Below, piece after piece: positions 49,575 through 62,721 of a stretch of DNA of 64,000 nucleotides. Origin of the DNA: Sphyrna mokarran (lineage: Eukaryota); assembly GCA_024679065.1 (NCBI GenBank), contig JAGIQG010000004.1, positions 62,806,001 to 62,870,000 on the forward strand, written 5' to 3'. Under the pieces are notes generated by a model that saw nothing but the letters and a program-made list of their open reading frames with translations, did no database searches and was not told the origin of the DNA. Position 1 is the stretch's first letter. Every line of letters starts with the position of its first letter. Position numbers and translations under genes: made by a program.

Positions 49575-51150
49575 GTATAAGAACATGTCAATTAGGAGCA
49601 GGAGTAGACAATTCAGTCCATCGAGCCCGCTTCGCCGTTTACCGTGGTCTTGACTTGGTCTTAACTCCATCCTGCTGCCTATTCCTTATAGCCCTTTATC
49701 CTTCATTTTCAGCGGAATTCAATCTATTTCTTTCCTGAAGCTGTTGATTGATTCAGTCTTCACTGCACTCTGAGGTAGTCAATTTCACAAATTCACGATT
49801 CTCTGAGAGAAGTACTTTCTCCTCCTGTCAAGTTTGAATCTACTTGCTCTTACTCTATATCTGTGAAATCTTGTTCTGATCATTCCACAACGGGAATATC
49901 TGTTCAACATTCACCTGATATTCCCCTTTAGCATTTTGTATACGTGGATCAGAACCCTTCCCCCTCCCCCACTTCTGAACTCCAGCAGGTACAAGCCCAA
50001 CTGATAATAAACTAACTATTCTAAGGCTAATGCATGTGGGTGTCTCTTCCTAATTTCTGCGAACCCTTCTCTATATAACTACAAAACCGTAGATATTCGG
50101 CCCGTCTTGTCCATGCTGACCCATAGAAATCTAAGTGTCCTTTCTAATCCCATCTTCCTGCAGAATACAGCACATATAGAGCAGAAAAACGTACTTCTTA
50201 AGAGTTAACATTTTCTGCTTCTACCACATAGAACATAGAACATAGAACATAGAACAATACAGCACAGAACAGGCCCTTCGGCCTTCGATGTTGTGCCACA
50301 AAAAATAATGCACCTAGATCCAGACACTCACCATGTTCTGCGTAAAAAAGATCATTTGTTTATGTGTCCTCTATTCCTTTTGCCACTTAGCTTGAATCGA
50401 TGACTCTTTAGTTGTTGAAGTCTCTAATAAGGGAAAGGGATTCTTCCTATCCAGTCTCTTTCTCTATCCCGCATAAAACACCTCAATCCTGTCACCAATC
50501 TCTCCTCGTAGTCCTGGCAGCACTCCAGCAAATCTTCTCTGCAGTTTTTCCAGAGCAATTTCGTCCTTCCTTGAAAGTAGTGACCAGAATTGCACACAAT
50601 ACTCCACTTGTGGCCTCACGAGCGTCGTGCACCATCCCATCATTATATGCCGAGCTTTGTTGTCTTAACCTCTGCCAATGAAGGAGAGTATCATAAATGT
50701 CCTCTTTACAATCTTATTTACCTCTGTTGCAAATTCTAGTGGCTGTGCATGTGCAAGCCAAGATTTCTCACTTCATTTACCCCTCTCAGTATTTTCCCGT
50801 GTATTGTGAGTTTTCTTTCGCTGTTTGATGTTGTTAAATGCATCACCTCGCACTGGACAGAGTTGAACTCTATCTGCCACTTTCCTGTCCACTCCACCAA
50901 CTCATCTGTCATTTTGGACAGCTATCCTCTATACGGCATTTTTTTTTTTGCGTTTCGCGTGCAAAATATATATAGGGGCTCCAAGGCTGAGCTCTGTGAA
51001 ACACCACTTGAAAGGGCTTTCCATTTGCAAGTGCAGCCGTCGACTATTATCATTTGTTTCCTGTTGCTCAGGCAATTTGCTCTATAACCTGTTTCCCATG
51101 TTTTTGTTTACTTTTTTGTCCAGTCTACCATTGAATATGTGTCTATTCAT
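49575..51150 (-). mobile_element. Cluster of old CR1 3' fragments with a short young CR1 tail (50226-50297)
   Basis: Degenerate CR1 termini; gaccagaattgcacacaatactcc (EYCVQFWS on the minus strand); (CATAGAA)4. Confidence 0.65.
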
Positions 51151-51609
51151 TTTTTTTGTTGTAGCAAATAGTTACATCTTAAAGTTGCCTTACTGATCTA
51201 GCCATGAAGTAACTCCACATGAAATAAAAGTTATCTGACAATTCTATCCTCTGCTATATTGCGCAGAAAGCGCAGCAATGCATATCACGAAGATTTGATC
51301 ATTTGTATTTCCATTATTACTGCTTTCCAGCGACATTACTTTACAGAAGTTCACAATTCCTGCTTACAATTGATGCATATCCAAAGTTAATCAGAGGGCA
51401 CAATCAAAACAGAGCACACAATGTTAAACATAGCCATACTGGCTATCGTCAGCACACATTGAAAGTAAAGCAGGTATGACATTATTTAGGTGTAAATGCT
51501 CAGTATTTAAATATTTCCTTCAACTTCTAGCATCTTGTATCTTTTCAATACAATCGCTTACCCATTCAAATGTCTCTATGTAAAGATTGGTCAGCTGACC
51601 AATATGATA

Positions 51610-51967
51610 GGACCTTATCGAAACATATAAGATGATTAGAGGTTTAGATAGAGTGGACAGCGATAGCTTTTTTCCTAGGATGGAGAAAGCTAGCACGAGG
51701 GGACACAGCTTTAAATTAAGGGGTGATAGTTATAGGACGGATATCAGAGGTAGGTTCTTTACCCAGAGGGTGGTTAGGGAGTGGAATGCCCTGCCTGCGG
51801 CAGTTGTAGATGCGCCAAGTTTGGTGGCGTTTAAGAGGTTAATTGATAAGTTTATGGAAGAGAAGGGAATGGTTTAGTTTGGAGGGTCATTGCTTTTTTC
51901 GTAATTGGTCAGTGCAACATCGAAGGCCGAAAGGCCTGTTCTGCGCTGTAATGTTCTATGTTCTATG
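51610..51967 (+). mobile_element. CR1 3' end (subfamily 'A')
   Basis: MIRGLDRVDS...EEKGMV* plus tail. Confidence 0.92.
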
Positions 51968-52132
51968 AATATAATAAACAAACATGTCGCCATTTAGAGA
52001 GGGTGGGTCCAGTTATTAACACAAGATAGATTAACATACAATGTATGTCATTTTTATATAAATCATACATTTTCATTGAATTCTAATACACATCGATGCT
52101 CGAAAAATTATCTAGTTATCTGGCGATATAAT

Positions 52133-52667
52133 ATAGAACATAGAACATAGAACATTACAGCACAGAACAGGCCCTTCGGCCTTCGATGTTGTGCCGACCA
52201 AAATAAAAAGCAATGCCCCTCCAAACTAAACCATTCCCTTCTCTTCCATATACTTATCAATTAACCTCTTAAACGCCACCAAACTTGGCGCATCTACGAC
52301 AGCTGCAGGCAGGGCATTCCATTCCCTAATCACTCTTTGAGTAAAGAACCTACCTCTGATATCCGTCCTATAACTCATACCCCTTAATTTAAAGCTGTGT
52401 CCCCTCGTGCTAGCTTTCTCCATCCTAGGAAAAAGGCTATCACTGTCCACCCTATCTAAACCTCTAATCATCTTATATGCTTCAATAAGATCCCCTCTTA
52501 GCCGCCTCCTTTCTAACGAAAACAACCTCAAATCCTTCAACCTCTCTTCATAGGACCTGCCCTCCATACCAGGCAACATCCTGGTAAACCTCCTCTGTAC
52601 CCTCTCCAATGCCTCCACATCTTTCTTATAATGTGGGGACCAGAACTGCACACAATACTCCAAGTGC
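52133..52667 (-). mobile_element. CR1 3' end (subfamily 'A')
   Basis: 147-aa ORF2 C-terminus plus tail. Confidence 0.92.
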
Positions 52668-53149
52668 ATGTAACTGATAGTTCAGGGAAAGGGCAGCCAG
52701 TCAATGCGACATGTTTGAATTAGCAAAGCAATGTATAAGATGCTTATCAAGAGCAGAAGCTGAGGCCTCGTGGAGCTAACACAATGTATTAGCGTGAAGT
52801 AATGATAGGATGACAAAAGGAAACATAACATTTCTATGTCTTTGATGAAGTAGGGCCAGGATCAGTAAACAGAATTTAGCTACTTGCAACATATTTAATC
52901 ATTTGGACAAAAACCAAGAGCAACCTGACTGATGTAAAGTTAGAGGGCAATATAACAAACAAGAAATGAACAAAACTGGAATAAGTGGTTTAGTGAAGGC
53001 CAGCAAGGTGAAAAGTGAAGCATAATGTAAGCAATTATGTGGTTATCTTCTTTGGTCGTAATAATATGACTTTTTTTTTAGAAGAAAAGCTTAAAGTTTC
53101 AAACTTTAATGTTCAGAAATATTTGGTGGTACTTGAGTAATGAGTGTAG

Positions 53150-53550
53150 AAAGTTAACCTAGAGATCACTCACAACACTTGCATAGTATTTGAAACTGAC
53201 ATGAGCTTTAGTCTTCATATCTCCATGCGTGTTAAGACCATTCAATTCCACTTCCACAATGTCACTGGACTTCACATCGATCACCGGAGTACGATTTTTG
53301 ATTCAGTCATTCCCACATTCACTACCTCTTGAATGGTCTATTCTGGAAGATTGCACTCAAATCTTTTCCATTATACTTCGATAAACTAAAAGGCATCCAA
53401 ACTTGTTCTCCTTGTGCTTCCATGCACCATCTTCTGTTCACATTTCACAACTGTGTTGACTGGTGTACAATATCTGCACCACAAGCAACCTTGTAGTTTG
53501 AAATTCGCAACCTTGCTTCCCAATCTTCCAATGGTTTAACGGTTCCACTA
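53150..53550 (+). mobile_element. Old L2-like LINE fragment
   Basis: Degenerate similarity by eye to the L2 RT C-terminal region (...TFTTS..., ...IQ.CS). Confidence 0.35.
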
Positions 53551-53967
53551 TTTGCAATATTGTCCAGTATCGCAAATTGTTAAAATAATTATGTTTATGC
53601 AACTAGAATACTCGAGGAAAAATAAATATAAAAATGGACAGAAAGAATTTCTCCCAACGTGGACAAAAAAGAATGTAACTAAAGCAAATGTTGCTTTTGA
53701 GTTGTGACAATTTAATAATACGAAACAAGGGAATGACAAAGACTTGTAACATGTGTTTGTAACTGTCTCTAAGTTAGGAGACAAAGCAATTGTAGAACAT
53801 TAAGAAAATAAAGAATGGAAAGAGCTTCAGAAAATTCATAACATTGATTGCAAAAAGTAAATGCTCAGTATGTTAGTAACCCCTAGTCCACATCCTGATG
53901 AGTTGAATCCTAATTTATTTTCTTAATGTCTGGTAGAATTGACTGCCGTAGATAGAGGAGATACTAA

Positions 53968-55650
53968 AACATAGAACACAGAATATAGAACACTACAGCA
54001 CGAACAGTCCCTTCGGCCCACAAGTTGTGCCGATCATATCAGTATCTACCAGGCCATACAAATATCTGTAACTCCCAATCCCATTAAATCCCATGTACTC
54101 ATCCAGAAGTCTCTTAAAAGACCCCAGCCAGTTCGTCTCTAGCACCACTGACGGCAGCCAATTCCATTCACTCACCACCCTCTGAGTGAAAAATTTACCT
54201 CTGACATCTCCTCTGTACTTGCTCCCCAGCACCTTAAACCTGTGTCCTCTCGTAGCGACTATTTCAGCCCTGGGAAATAGCCTCCGAAAATCCACCCTAC
54301 CTATTCCTGTCAAGGTCTTATAAATCTTTATCAGGTCGCCTCTCAACCTTCGTCTCTCCAGTGAGAAGAGACCTAGCTCCCTCAACCTATCTGCATAAGG
54401 CATGTCTCCCAATCCAGGCCACATCCTTGCAAATCTCTTTTGCACTCTTTCGATAGCTTCCACATCCTTCCTATAGTGAGGCGAGCAGAACTGCACACAG
54501 TGCTCCAAGTGGGGTCTGACAAGGGTCTTATAAAGTTGCAGCACTACCTCCCGACTCCTAAACTCAATCCCTCGATTAATGAAGGCAAGTAAACCATATG
54601 CTTTCTTGACCACATCCTCCACTTGCGGGGCCAATTTATGAGTCCTATGGACCCGGACCCCAAGATCCTTCTGATCCTCAGCACTGCTAAGACTCCTACC
54701 CTTGATATTATACTCCTTCATCCTATTGGTCCTGCCAAAATGGACCACCATACATTTATTCGCATTGAAGTCCTTCTGCCACTTCTCCGCCCTGTCTTGC
54801 ATCATATCTATATCTCGCTGCAACTTCTGACATCCCTCCAGACACAACACCACCAACATTCATATCGTCGACTAACTTACTAACCCATCCCTCCACTTCC
54901 TCATCCAGGTCATTTATGAAAATGACAAACAGCAAGGGTTCTAGAACAGATCTCTGGGGCACTCCACTGGTAACTGACCTCCATGCAGAAAAAGACCCAT
55001 TCACAACCACTCTCTGCCTTCTGCAGGCAAGCCAGTTCTGGATCCACAAGGCCAAAGCCCCTTGGATCCATGCCCTCTCAACCTTCTCAAGAAGTCTTGC
55101 ATGGGGACCTTATCAAATGTCTTGCTGAAAGCCATGTAAACCACATCCAACTGCTTTTCCTTCGTCAATGTGTTCAGTCACATTTTCAATGAACTCAACG
55201 AGGCTTGTAAGGCACAAACTGCCCTTAACAAAGACGTGTTGACTATTTCCAATCATATTGAATTTCTCTAAATGCTCATAAAACCTGTCCCTCAGAATCC
55301 TCTCCATCAGCCTACCAACCATTAAGGTCAGACTCACTGGTCAGTAATTCCCTGGGCTACACCTGTTCCCTTCCTTAAAAATAGGCACCACATCCACAAT
55401 CCTCCAATCTCCCGGAACCTCTCCCATCTCCAGTCTCCATCGAAGATGCAAAGATCATCGCCAAGGTCTCTGCAATCACTTCCCTCGCCTCCCACAGTAA
55501 CCTGGGGCACATCCCATCCGGACTCGGCGACTTATCTACCTTGATGGAATTTAACAATTCCAACACATCCTCTTTCTTAATGTCCACATACTCAATCTTT
55601 TCAGTTTGCTGCAATCCTGCAGTACAACCTCCCAGATCACTTTCCAGTAC
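53968..55650 (-). mobile_element. 5'-truncated CR1 (subfamily 'B'-like)
   Basis: ORFs 53993, 54756, 55113 and 55375 carry RT motifs; tail at 53968. Confidence 0.93.
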
Positions 55651-55689
55651 TGTTTTTAATTTTGTACAATACAGAGTTCTTGAAAAAGA

Positions 55690-57400
55690 CCTAAGTTACT
55701 GGCAAGCAAATTCATGTGAAGAAAGGATTAAGTCAGAAACCAGGCAATTATATGGTCTGATGTCTAAGATCTGTCGTTGAGGAAATGCTTACATCCATTC
55801 TCAATGAAGTAGCCGAAGAGCATTAGAAAATCAAAACAGTCGTGTAAAGTTAATATGTTTTTGTGGAAAAAGTCTGTTTTAGAAGACTTTATTACAGTTC
55901 ATTGAGGAAGTATCACACAGAGCGCATAAGAAGAACAAGCGTAGAGTGTTTGAGTTGCCAAATGCCATTCAATATAATGTGCAGAAAAAAATGTTGCAAA
56001 CCAGGGAGAATATTTTGCTGTTGAGTGCATTGTTTTAGAATGGTCGAACGATTATCTAATAGAGAGAAAACAGCACAACGTTCATTTGGTCATTTGTAAA
56101 TTGGCAACTTGTAACTATTACCATGGTGGCGGCATTATAATGTAATGGTTAACACTGCTGCCTCACAGGCCAGGCGCCAAGGTTCAATTCCAGCTTTGGA
56201 TAACCGTCTGTGTTGAGTTTGCACTTTCTCCCCGTTTTTGTGTGGGTTTCTTCCGCGTGCTTCATTTTCCTCCCACAGTCCAAAGGTGAATGGATTAGGT
56301 TGATTGGCCATGCTGAATTGCCCCTAGTGTCAGGAGGATTATGACTGTAAATATATGGGGTTATGGAATGGGCTCCAGGTGGGATTATTGTTGGTACAGG
56401 CTTGATGGGGCAATTGACCTCTTCCTGTACCGTAGATTATATGATTAAGCACTTCAAGGGTCAGTGCCAGGGCCTCAACTAATTACAATCTATATGAAAG
56501 TTTTGGATGAAAGATCCTAAAATATTGCATTCAGATTTTCCAACAACGCAAGATAAGTGTGAAACTAATTGATGAGAATCTTCAAGTACATATAACCGCC
56601 ATAACTGAGTGATCAAAATTGGTACATGGGGTAAAAGGTGAGTATGGTCACCCGAATGAAAAATACATAAAAACATGAAAGAAGTAATACTTCGGAGTGT
56701 TGTGTCACAGAACGATAAATCTTCCTGCATGTAGTCGAACTTGTAAGCATGCAGGGGTAACTAGTAATTATAAACGCAAATTCAATTTTGGTCTTTATTG
56801 CAAGGATGGAGCATAAAATTAGGGAAGTTTTGTTACATGTGGGGGAAGCATTGATCAAACTACACATCTGTCGGTATGTAACCTTCTGTCTTCCTCATTT
56901 GAAAATGGATAATGCTTGCTTTGGAGTTCGGAGAACTTCCTTATTTTAGTTCATGAGTTGAACATTTGTCAATATGAGACACATTCGACTAGTTACTTCT
57001 ATAGTTACTAAAAGTGGAAAAACTGAAAGGCGATCTTATGAAAATAAACAATGTTATAGGGGGTTCTGAAAAGAGAATACCAACATGACGTTTTCCTCCT
57101 TGAGCAATGTAGGATTAGGGGCACAGTTTCCAAATAAGAAGCCATGTATTTGAAGTAGTAATGAGAGGCAATTTCTTCTCTCAGACTATCATTCCCTGAA
57201 ATGTAGCACACAGAAGATTAGATTATGCTATGGATTCGATTCTTAGAGAGATTTTCAATTAGAAATTGTTTGTTCTGGAGAAAAGTCAGAAAAGTTGAAT
57301 TAAGACCAGTCACTTTTGCAATGCCCGTATTGAATGGTCATACAGGCTGGAGGGCAAAATTGCCGGTATTTGCTCCTATTATCTTCTTATTCCCATATTC
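55690..57400 (+). mobile_element. Old CR1 RT fragment with a nested V-SINE (56125-56445)
   Basis: Degenerate ccaggcaattatatggtctgatgtcta (PGNYxxVSL); the RT resumes with caagggtcagtgccagggcc (QGSVLGP) right after the SINE. Confidence 0.7.
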
Positions 57401-58159
57401 CGTTGAGCATTTACGGTTGACTGTTCTCCAACACTGATTGCCTTCCGTTCAGTTTATAAGCTCTCCAACTTCCGAACGTTTTTTACTCTTTTTAAAGGCA
57501 CTAAGAACTTAATTGCTAAGGGAAGCATTTGATCATCGGCCCGAATATTACCTTATGTAGATTGATGACGGATTTGATCATGCAACTCAACTATTAGGCA
57601 TCCTGAGACACATCATTACGTTTACAGCATAGCATTGCTCGTGATACCTGAATTTTCAATGTTGTGCATACCAAAATTAGTATTTCTTCCACAAACTTTT
57701 GCATAGAAGTGCAAATACTGACTTTGCTTGAGTAATTTTATTGCCAAATTACTCTCAGGTCCGAGAAACTGACAAAGGTATCAGCAGATTCCAAATTTGT
57801 GTTGTTTATTGTTATAGCAATTCGGTAAAAAAAAAGATGGTTGGGAAAGTATCTCTACAATTCTAAATCTACTCGAGCCTACAGTTGTCAGCCCCTTCTG
57901 AAAAGCTTTGATCCTTTAATGCATTCTTACAGAGTGACAGGAGGGCACAGACATGCGCAAAACAGCAATGCTCATAACAGATGAAAATTTCAATCGGCTC
58001 AGCTTAAAAAGACTACCATCTATTCGGAATTTGGTGTATATTTCATAAAAAAATCACACTGAATGGCACAGAAAGCATGGAAAAAATGAATAAACTGAAG
58101 AAAACATGGGCTATGGCAGGCCATGCAACATGCTATTTGTTGCATAAAAGAGAAATACG

Positions 58160-59110
58160 GAAACATAGAATATTGAAACAGAATTAGAGCATTCGGCTCT
58201 GCGAGCATGCTCCGCTTTCAATATGACCATGGCAAATTACCTAACTCAATAGCCTGATCTCATTTCCCAACAGACACCTGCCCGACCCAACCCATCTCCC
58301 AAATATCTTTTGATTCCCGTCACCCCAAGACTTGTATCCAACTCCTTCTTGATAACATGCAATGATTTGGCTTTAACGGCTTCCTCGGATTTAGTATTTA
58401 TTTTGCTGAATACATGTCCATTCAGCTGTGTCCTAGAAGGTTTACCATATATCCTTAGACTATGATCCTTGATCATCGTGAACATTCTTCCTGCATCCAC
58501 CGTGTTTGTTTCTGCCAGACTTTTGCACCTTTCTATGAGATTCCCATTTCTTCTTCTGAACTCAAGCGGACATTGTTCTTACCGACTCAATCTATCTCCA
58601 TTTGACAGTCCCGCTTTCCGAAGAATATGTCTGATAAATCATCTCTGCACTCCCTCAGAAGCAATAATATTCTTTTTCAGATAAGCAGATAAAAACTGCG
58701 CAAAATTATTCAAGGCGTGGCTTCACCAAGGCCCTATGTAATGGGCACAAGGCATCCCCGCTCCTGTACTCGAATTCTGCCTCTCTGAAGGCTAATATAT
58801 CATTGTATCTACTGTACCTATATCCTTACCTTCAGCCACTGCTGTGCGAGGTCGTTCTATGCGCATTCTCTGTCTCAAATGTAACCACTCATATTATAGT
58901 CTGCCTTGCTGATTTTGCTACAGAAGTAGATAGCCTCACATCATCCACATTGCAACACATCTGTCATGCATGTGCCTTCTCACTCAGCTTGTCCAAATCA
59001 CTTAACCACAATTCTGCATTCTCTTAACAGCCCAACCTCAATTCCGCTTCATCTTCACTGATAAATTGGAGAAATGGCACTTAATTTCATCTTCTGAATC
59101 ACTGACATAA
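58160..59110 (-). mobile_element. Old CR1 3' fragment
   Basis: Minus-strand MDAGRMF...HSLRIYGKP; aaacatagaa tail remnant. Confidence 0.65.
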
Positions 59111-59249
59111 TATAAACACACGTTTGAACTGTTTGCTAGGGTATTTAAGCCTTTCCAAAATACCTCGATGATTTTGTATCCTTTCCTTTCTACTCCCTGA
59201 TCAATATATTCTATACACTACAGATGCAATAGCAACAGGAAGGTTTACG

Positions 59250-61272
59250 CAGGAGATATATTAGGCTGATAGCTTGGGTAGATAGATGGCAGATGGAATT
59301 CAATCCTGATAAATGCGAGGTGATGCATTTCGAGAGAACTAATGTAGGAGAAAGGTATATAGAACATAGAACATTACAGCGCAGAACAGGCCCTTCGGCC
59401 CTCGATGTTGCGCCGACCAATTAAGGAAAAGCAATGACCCTTTAACCTAAACCATTCCCTTTTCATCCATAAATCTATCTACTGACCTCTTAAACGCCCC
59501 CAAACTTGGCGCATCTACAACTGCAGCAGGCAGGGCATTCCATATCCTTATCACCCTCTGGGTAAAGAAACTACCTCTGACATCCGTCCTATAACTACCA
59601 CTCCTTAATTTAAAGCTATGTCCCCTCGTGCTAGCTTTCTCCATCCTAGGAAAAAAGGCTATCACTGTCCACCCTATCTAAACCTCTAATATATGTTTCA
59701 ATAAGGTCTCCTCTTAGCCACCTTCTTTCTAACGAAAACAAGCTCCATTCCCTCAGCCTCTCCTCATAAGACCTGCCCTCCCTACCAGGCAACATCCTGG
59801 TAAACCTCCTCTGCACCCTCTCCAATGCCTCCACATCTTTCTTATAATGTGGGGACCAGAACTGTACACAATGCTCCAAGTGCGGCCGCACTAGAGTTTT
59901 GTACAGTTGCAACATGACGTTGCGGCTCCGAAATTCAATCCCCCTACCAATAAAAGCCAAGACTCCGTATGCCTTCTTAACAACCTTATCGACTTGATTG
60001 CCAACTTTCAGGGATCTATGCACATATACACCAAGATCCCTCTGTTCATCAACAGTATTAAGAGTTCTACCATTAGCCCTATACTCTACACATTTGTTAA
60101 AGGGTAGACCTATGGTAAAGGGTAGACCTTTAAGAGTATAGGAACGCAGAGGGACCTGGGGGTGGAGGCACACAGGTCTCTGAAGGTGGCAGAGCAGGTG
60201 GAGAGGTTGTGAAGAAAGCATATGGTATGCTAGCCTTCATAGAAAGGGTATCGAGTACAAGATCTGGTCTTTAATGTTGCAGTTGTATAGAACGTTGGTT
60301 CGACCTCATTTGGAATACTGCGTCCGGTTCTGGTCGCCTTACTACCGGAAGGACGTGGAGACTCTGGAGAGGGTGCAGAGGACGTTTACCAGGATGTTGC
60401 TTGGTATGGAAGGTTTGAGTTACGAGGAGAGGCTAGCAAATTAGGGCTGTTTTCTTTAGAAAGACGTAGACTGAGAGGAGATCTAATAGAGGTATATAAG
60501 ATTATGAGAGGTATAGATAAACAGTGGTAAGCTTTTTTCTAGGTTGTAATCAAATACCACGAGAGGTGAGGTACAATTTGGATGCTAGAGGGAGTTTGTT
60601 TTTCGCACAGAGGGTGGTGGAGGTATGGAAAGCGCTGCCAAGCAAGGTGGTGGAGGCAGACACACTGGAGTTATTTAAGAGTTACTTAGATGGGCACATG
60701 AACAGAATGGGAATGGAGAGATATAGAAAACTGATTTAAAATAGGGATCATGAGCCTTAGGAGTTCCCTGGGAATTGTGTAAGTTGTGAATGATGTTGAT
60801 GCATATTTTGTTTTATCCTGCAGGTACTTCGGTCGCCTTGTTGTCTAACAAGAGGCATACACGCGATGAGTGGTGAGAGGGCTGCTCTTGGATTTTTCGA
60901 GAGTATCCTAGTGCTTCACGTCATTAGTGCACACTTGACCTGGACCATTTGATGGGCAATACGACAGCTCAGAATATCATTGTGATGTGCAAATTCATGG
61001 ATTTGGGCCTGTGTCTGGGGCAGTTTGCGCATTCTCCCCGTGCTTGTGTGGGTTTTCCCTGGTGCTCCGGTTTCCTCCCACATCCCAAAGATGTGCTCTT
61101 TGGCTGATTGGCAAAGAAAATTCTCCCTAAATTGTCTCGCAAATTTGGTTCCAATGCAGATTTCTATAAACATAGGCAAGGGTCATGGGTGGAAGTGGGG
61201 ACATCGAGGTGGCGGCGCGGGATCGTTGGACCGAAGGACCCGTTTCTCGTGCTGTTTTGTTCTTTGTTCACA
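59250..61272 (+). mobile_element. CR1 subfamily 'C' 3' part with SINE-containing 3'UTR, split by a nested CR1
   Basis: WVDRWQMEFNPDKCEVMHF at ~59275 resumes at ~60100; the 3'UTR is collinear with 9490-10028. Confidence 0.85.
59358..60095 (-). mobile_element. CR1 3' fragment (subfamily 'A') nested in subfamily 'C'
   Basis: ORFs 59646 and 59447; tail at 59358. Confidence 0.92.
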
Positions 61273-62609
61273 GTAAAGTACTGCAAAAAGCGGATATGTA
61301 TGCGTTTTGAGCAATTTTCATCAGAAATCAGTCTAGTCGTACTGGACAGTTAGTATGATTAGTGATAAAATTCCTTGGGCAACTAGGCATTCATGATGTT
61401 AACTTCCGTCCTACCTGCAAAATAGGTCGGCAACAAAACTCGAGGTCTTATTTATAGTGAATATCACCAGCTATGACATGGTCTGCATGCTTGGCGAAAA
61501 GTGCGCGAGGAAATTCTTCCTGGCAAGTAATCTAAAATAATGCTCTTTCCAACAGCAAATAAGTCACAAAATTAAGGACATAGCGCTATTTGAAGAGAGA
61601 AGTAATTACCTTAGTGGGACAAAAACTGCAGTGGGGATCACTTACGTAATACTGCGAGAAATACAATTGTGACCTTCTACAACATAATAACCATTAACGC
61701 ACACAAGAAGAGCTGAACCAGTTTCGTTTCCTCTGTGGTCAGTAGTTTGGACCCAATCATTCAATATCACCTAGATATGTTACTTTCTTCAAAACAATTA
61801 AAAAAGATTCTTCGTTTTTAACGTTATTGCAGTCAGACATTTTAACAAAGCCATTGACCTACTTTTGATATTTTTACCATTTGCAGAAAGCGCAGCGATG
61901 GAGTTGAGAGTTGGAATGGTAATATGAATGTCTACAAAGATTAATACATAGCAAGATTTACTGCCTAAAGCTGAACTGCAAATTGACAAAATGATGATAT
62001 TATTGAGTCAGAATATAGTCACAATAGTTCGCCGAAGTAGTTACATCAGAATTTAATGCACTTTTATTACAATCTATTTCCCATGGTGAATTCTGTCGAC
62101 GTTTCCAAGTATCGACATTGTAGTTGTTAGCTGCCTAATATCTGTTCCTCACTAGTTCTCACCTTGCTCTACTTTCTGACACAGATTAAAACTAGGCCCT
62201 CCATTATTATGTAATATTATTTCAATAAATGTTTAAGATTTCACAATTTATAATATAGTGATATCTTCATCACCCGGAGTGTATATTTGCGATTGTCTAT
62301 GCATGACCGTACTGCTGTCGTGTGGCTTCATTCAATACAGTTTATTTTTGCAAATGTATTTCGAGAAGTGTATAGCCTTATAGGAACTCAAAGTGATCCA
62401 TGATTTGCAAAGGCCATGTATCATTTCCCAAACACCGGCACGCTATAGTTCTTAAAATGATATTCAGCAGTTGCCTTATTTTTTAATTCGTTGCAGTAAC
62501 AACCCTGTATTGATTATAACATTTTTTTCTAAGTTGCGTTCTCAACTTGTTCTCGTCAATTCAAATATAGTCGTCGCAAACATAACGGACATGTCCATTT
62601 ATCAATAAT

Positions 62610-62720
62610 TAATGGGATTGGGGGTTATAGATAGGCCTGGGAGGTAGGGGTTTGATCGGAGCAACTTGTGGGCCGAAGGATCTATTTGTGCTGTAGTGTT
62701 TTATTTTGTATGTTCTATGT
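62610..62720 (+). mobile_element. Short CR1 3' tail
   Basis: aatgggattgggggttatagatag...ggccgaagg...ttctatgtt. Confidence 0.8.
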
Positions 62721-62721
62721 T

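Noticed and set aside
1633-56445. tRNA-like A/B-box sequences as tRNA genes, and (CATAGAA)n arrays as CRISPR-like or functional repeats
   Set aside because: They are SINE heads and CR1 3' microsatellite tails in a eukaryotic genome.
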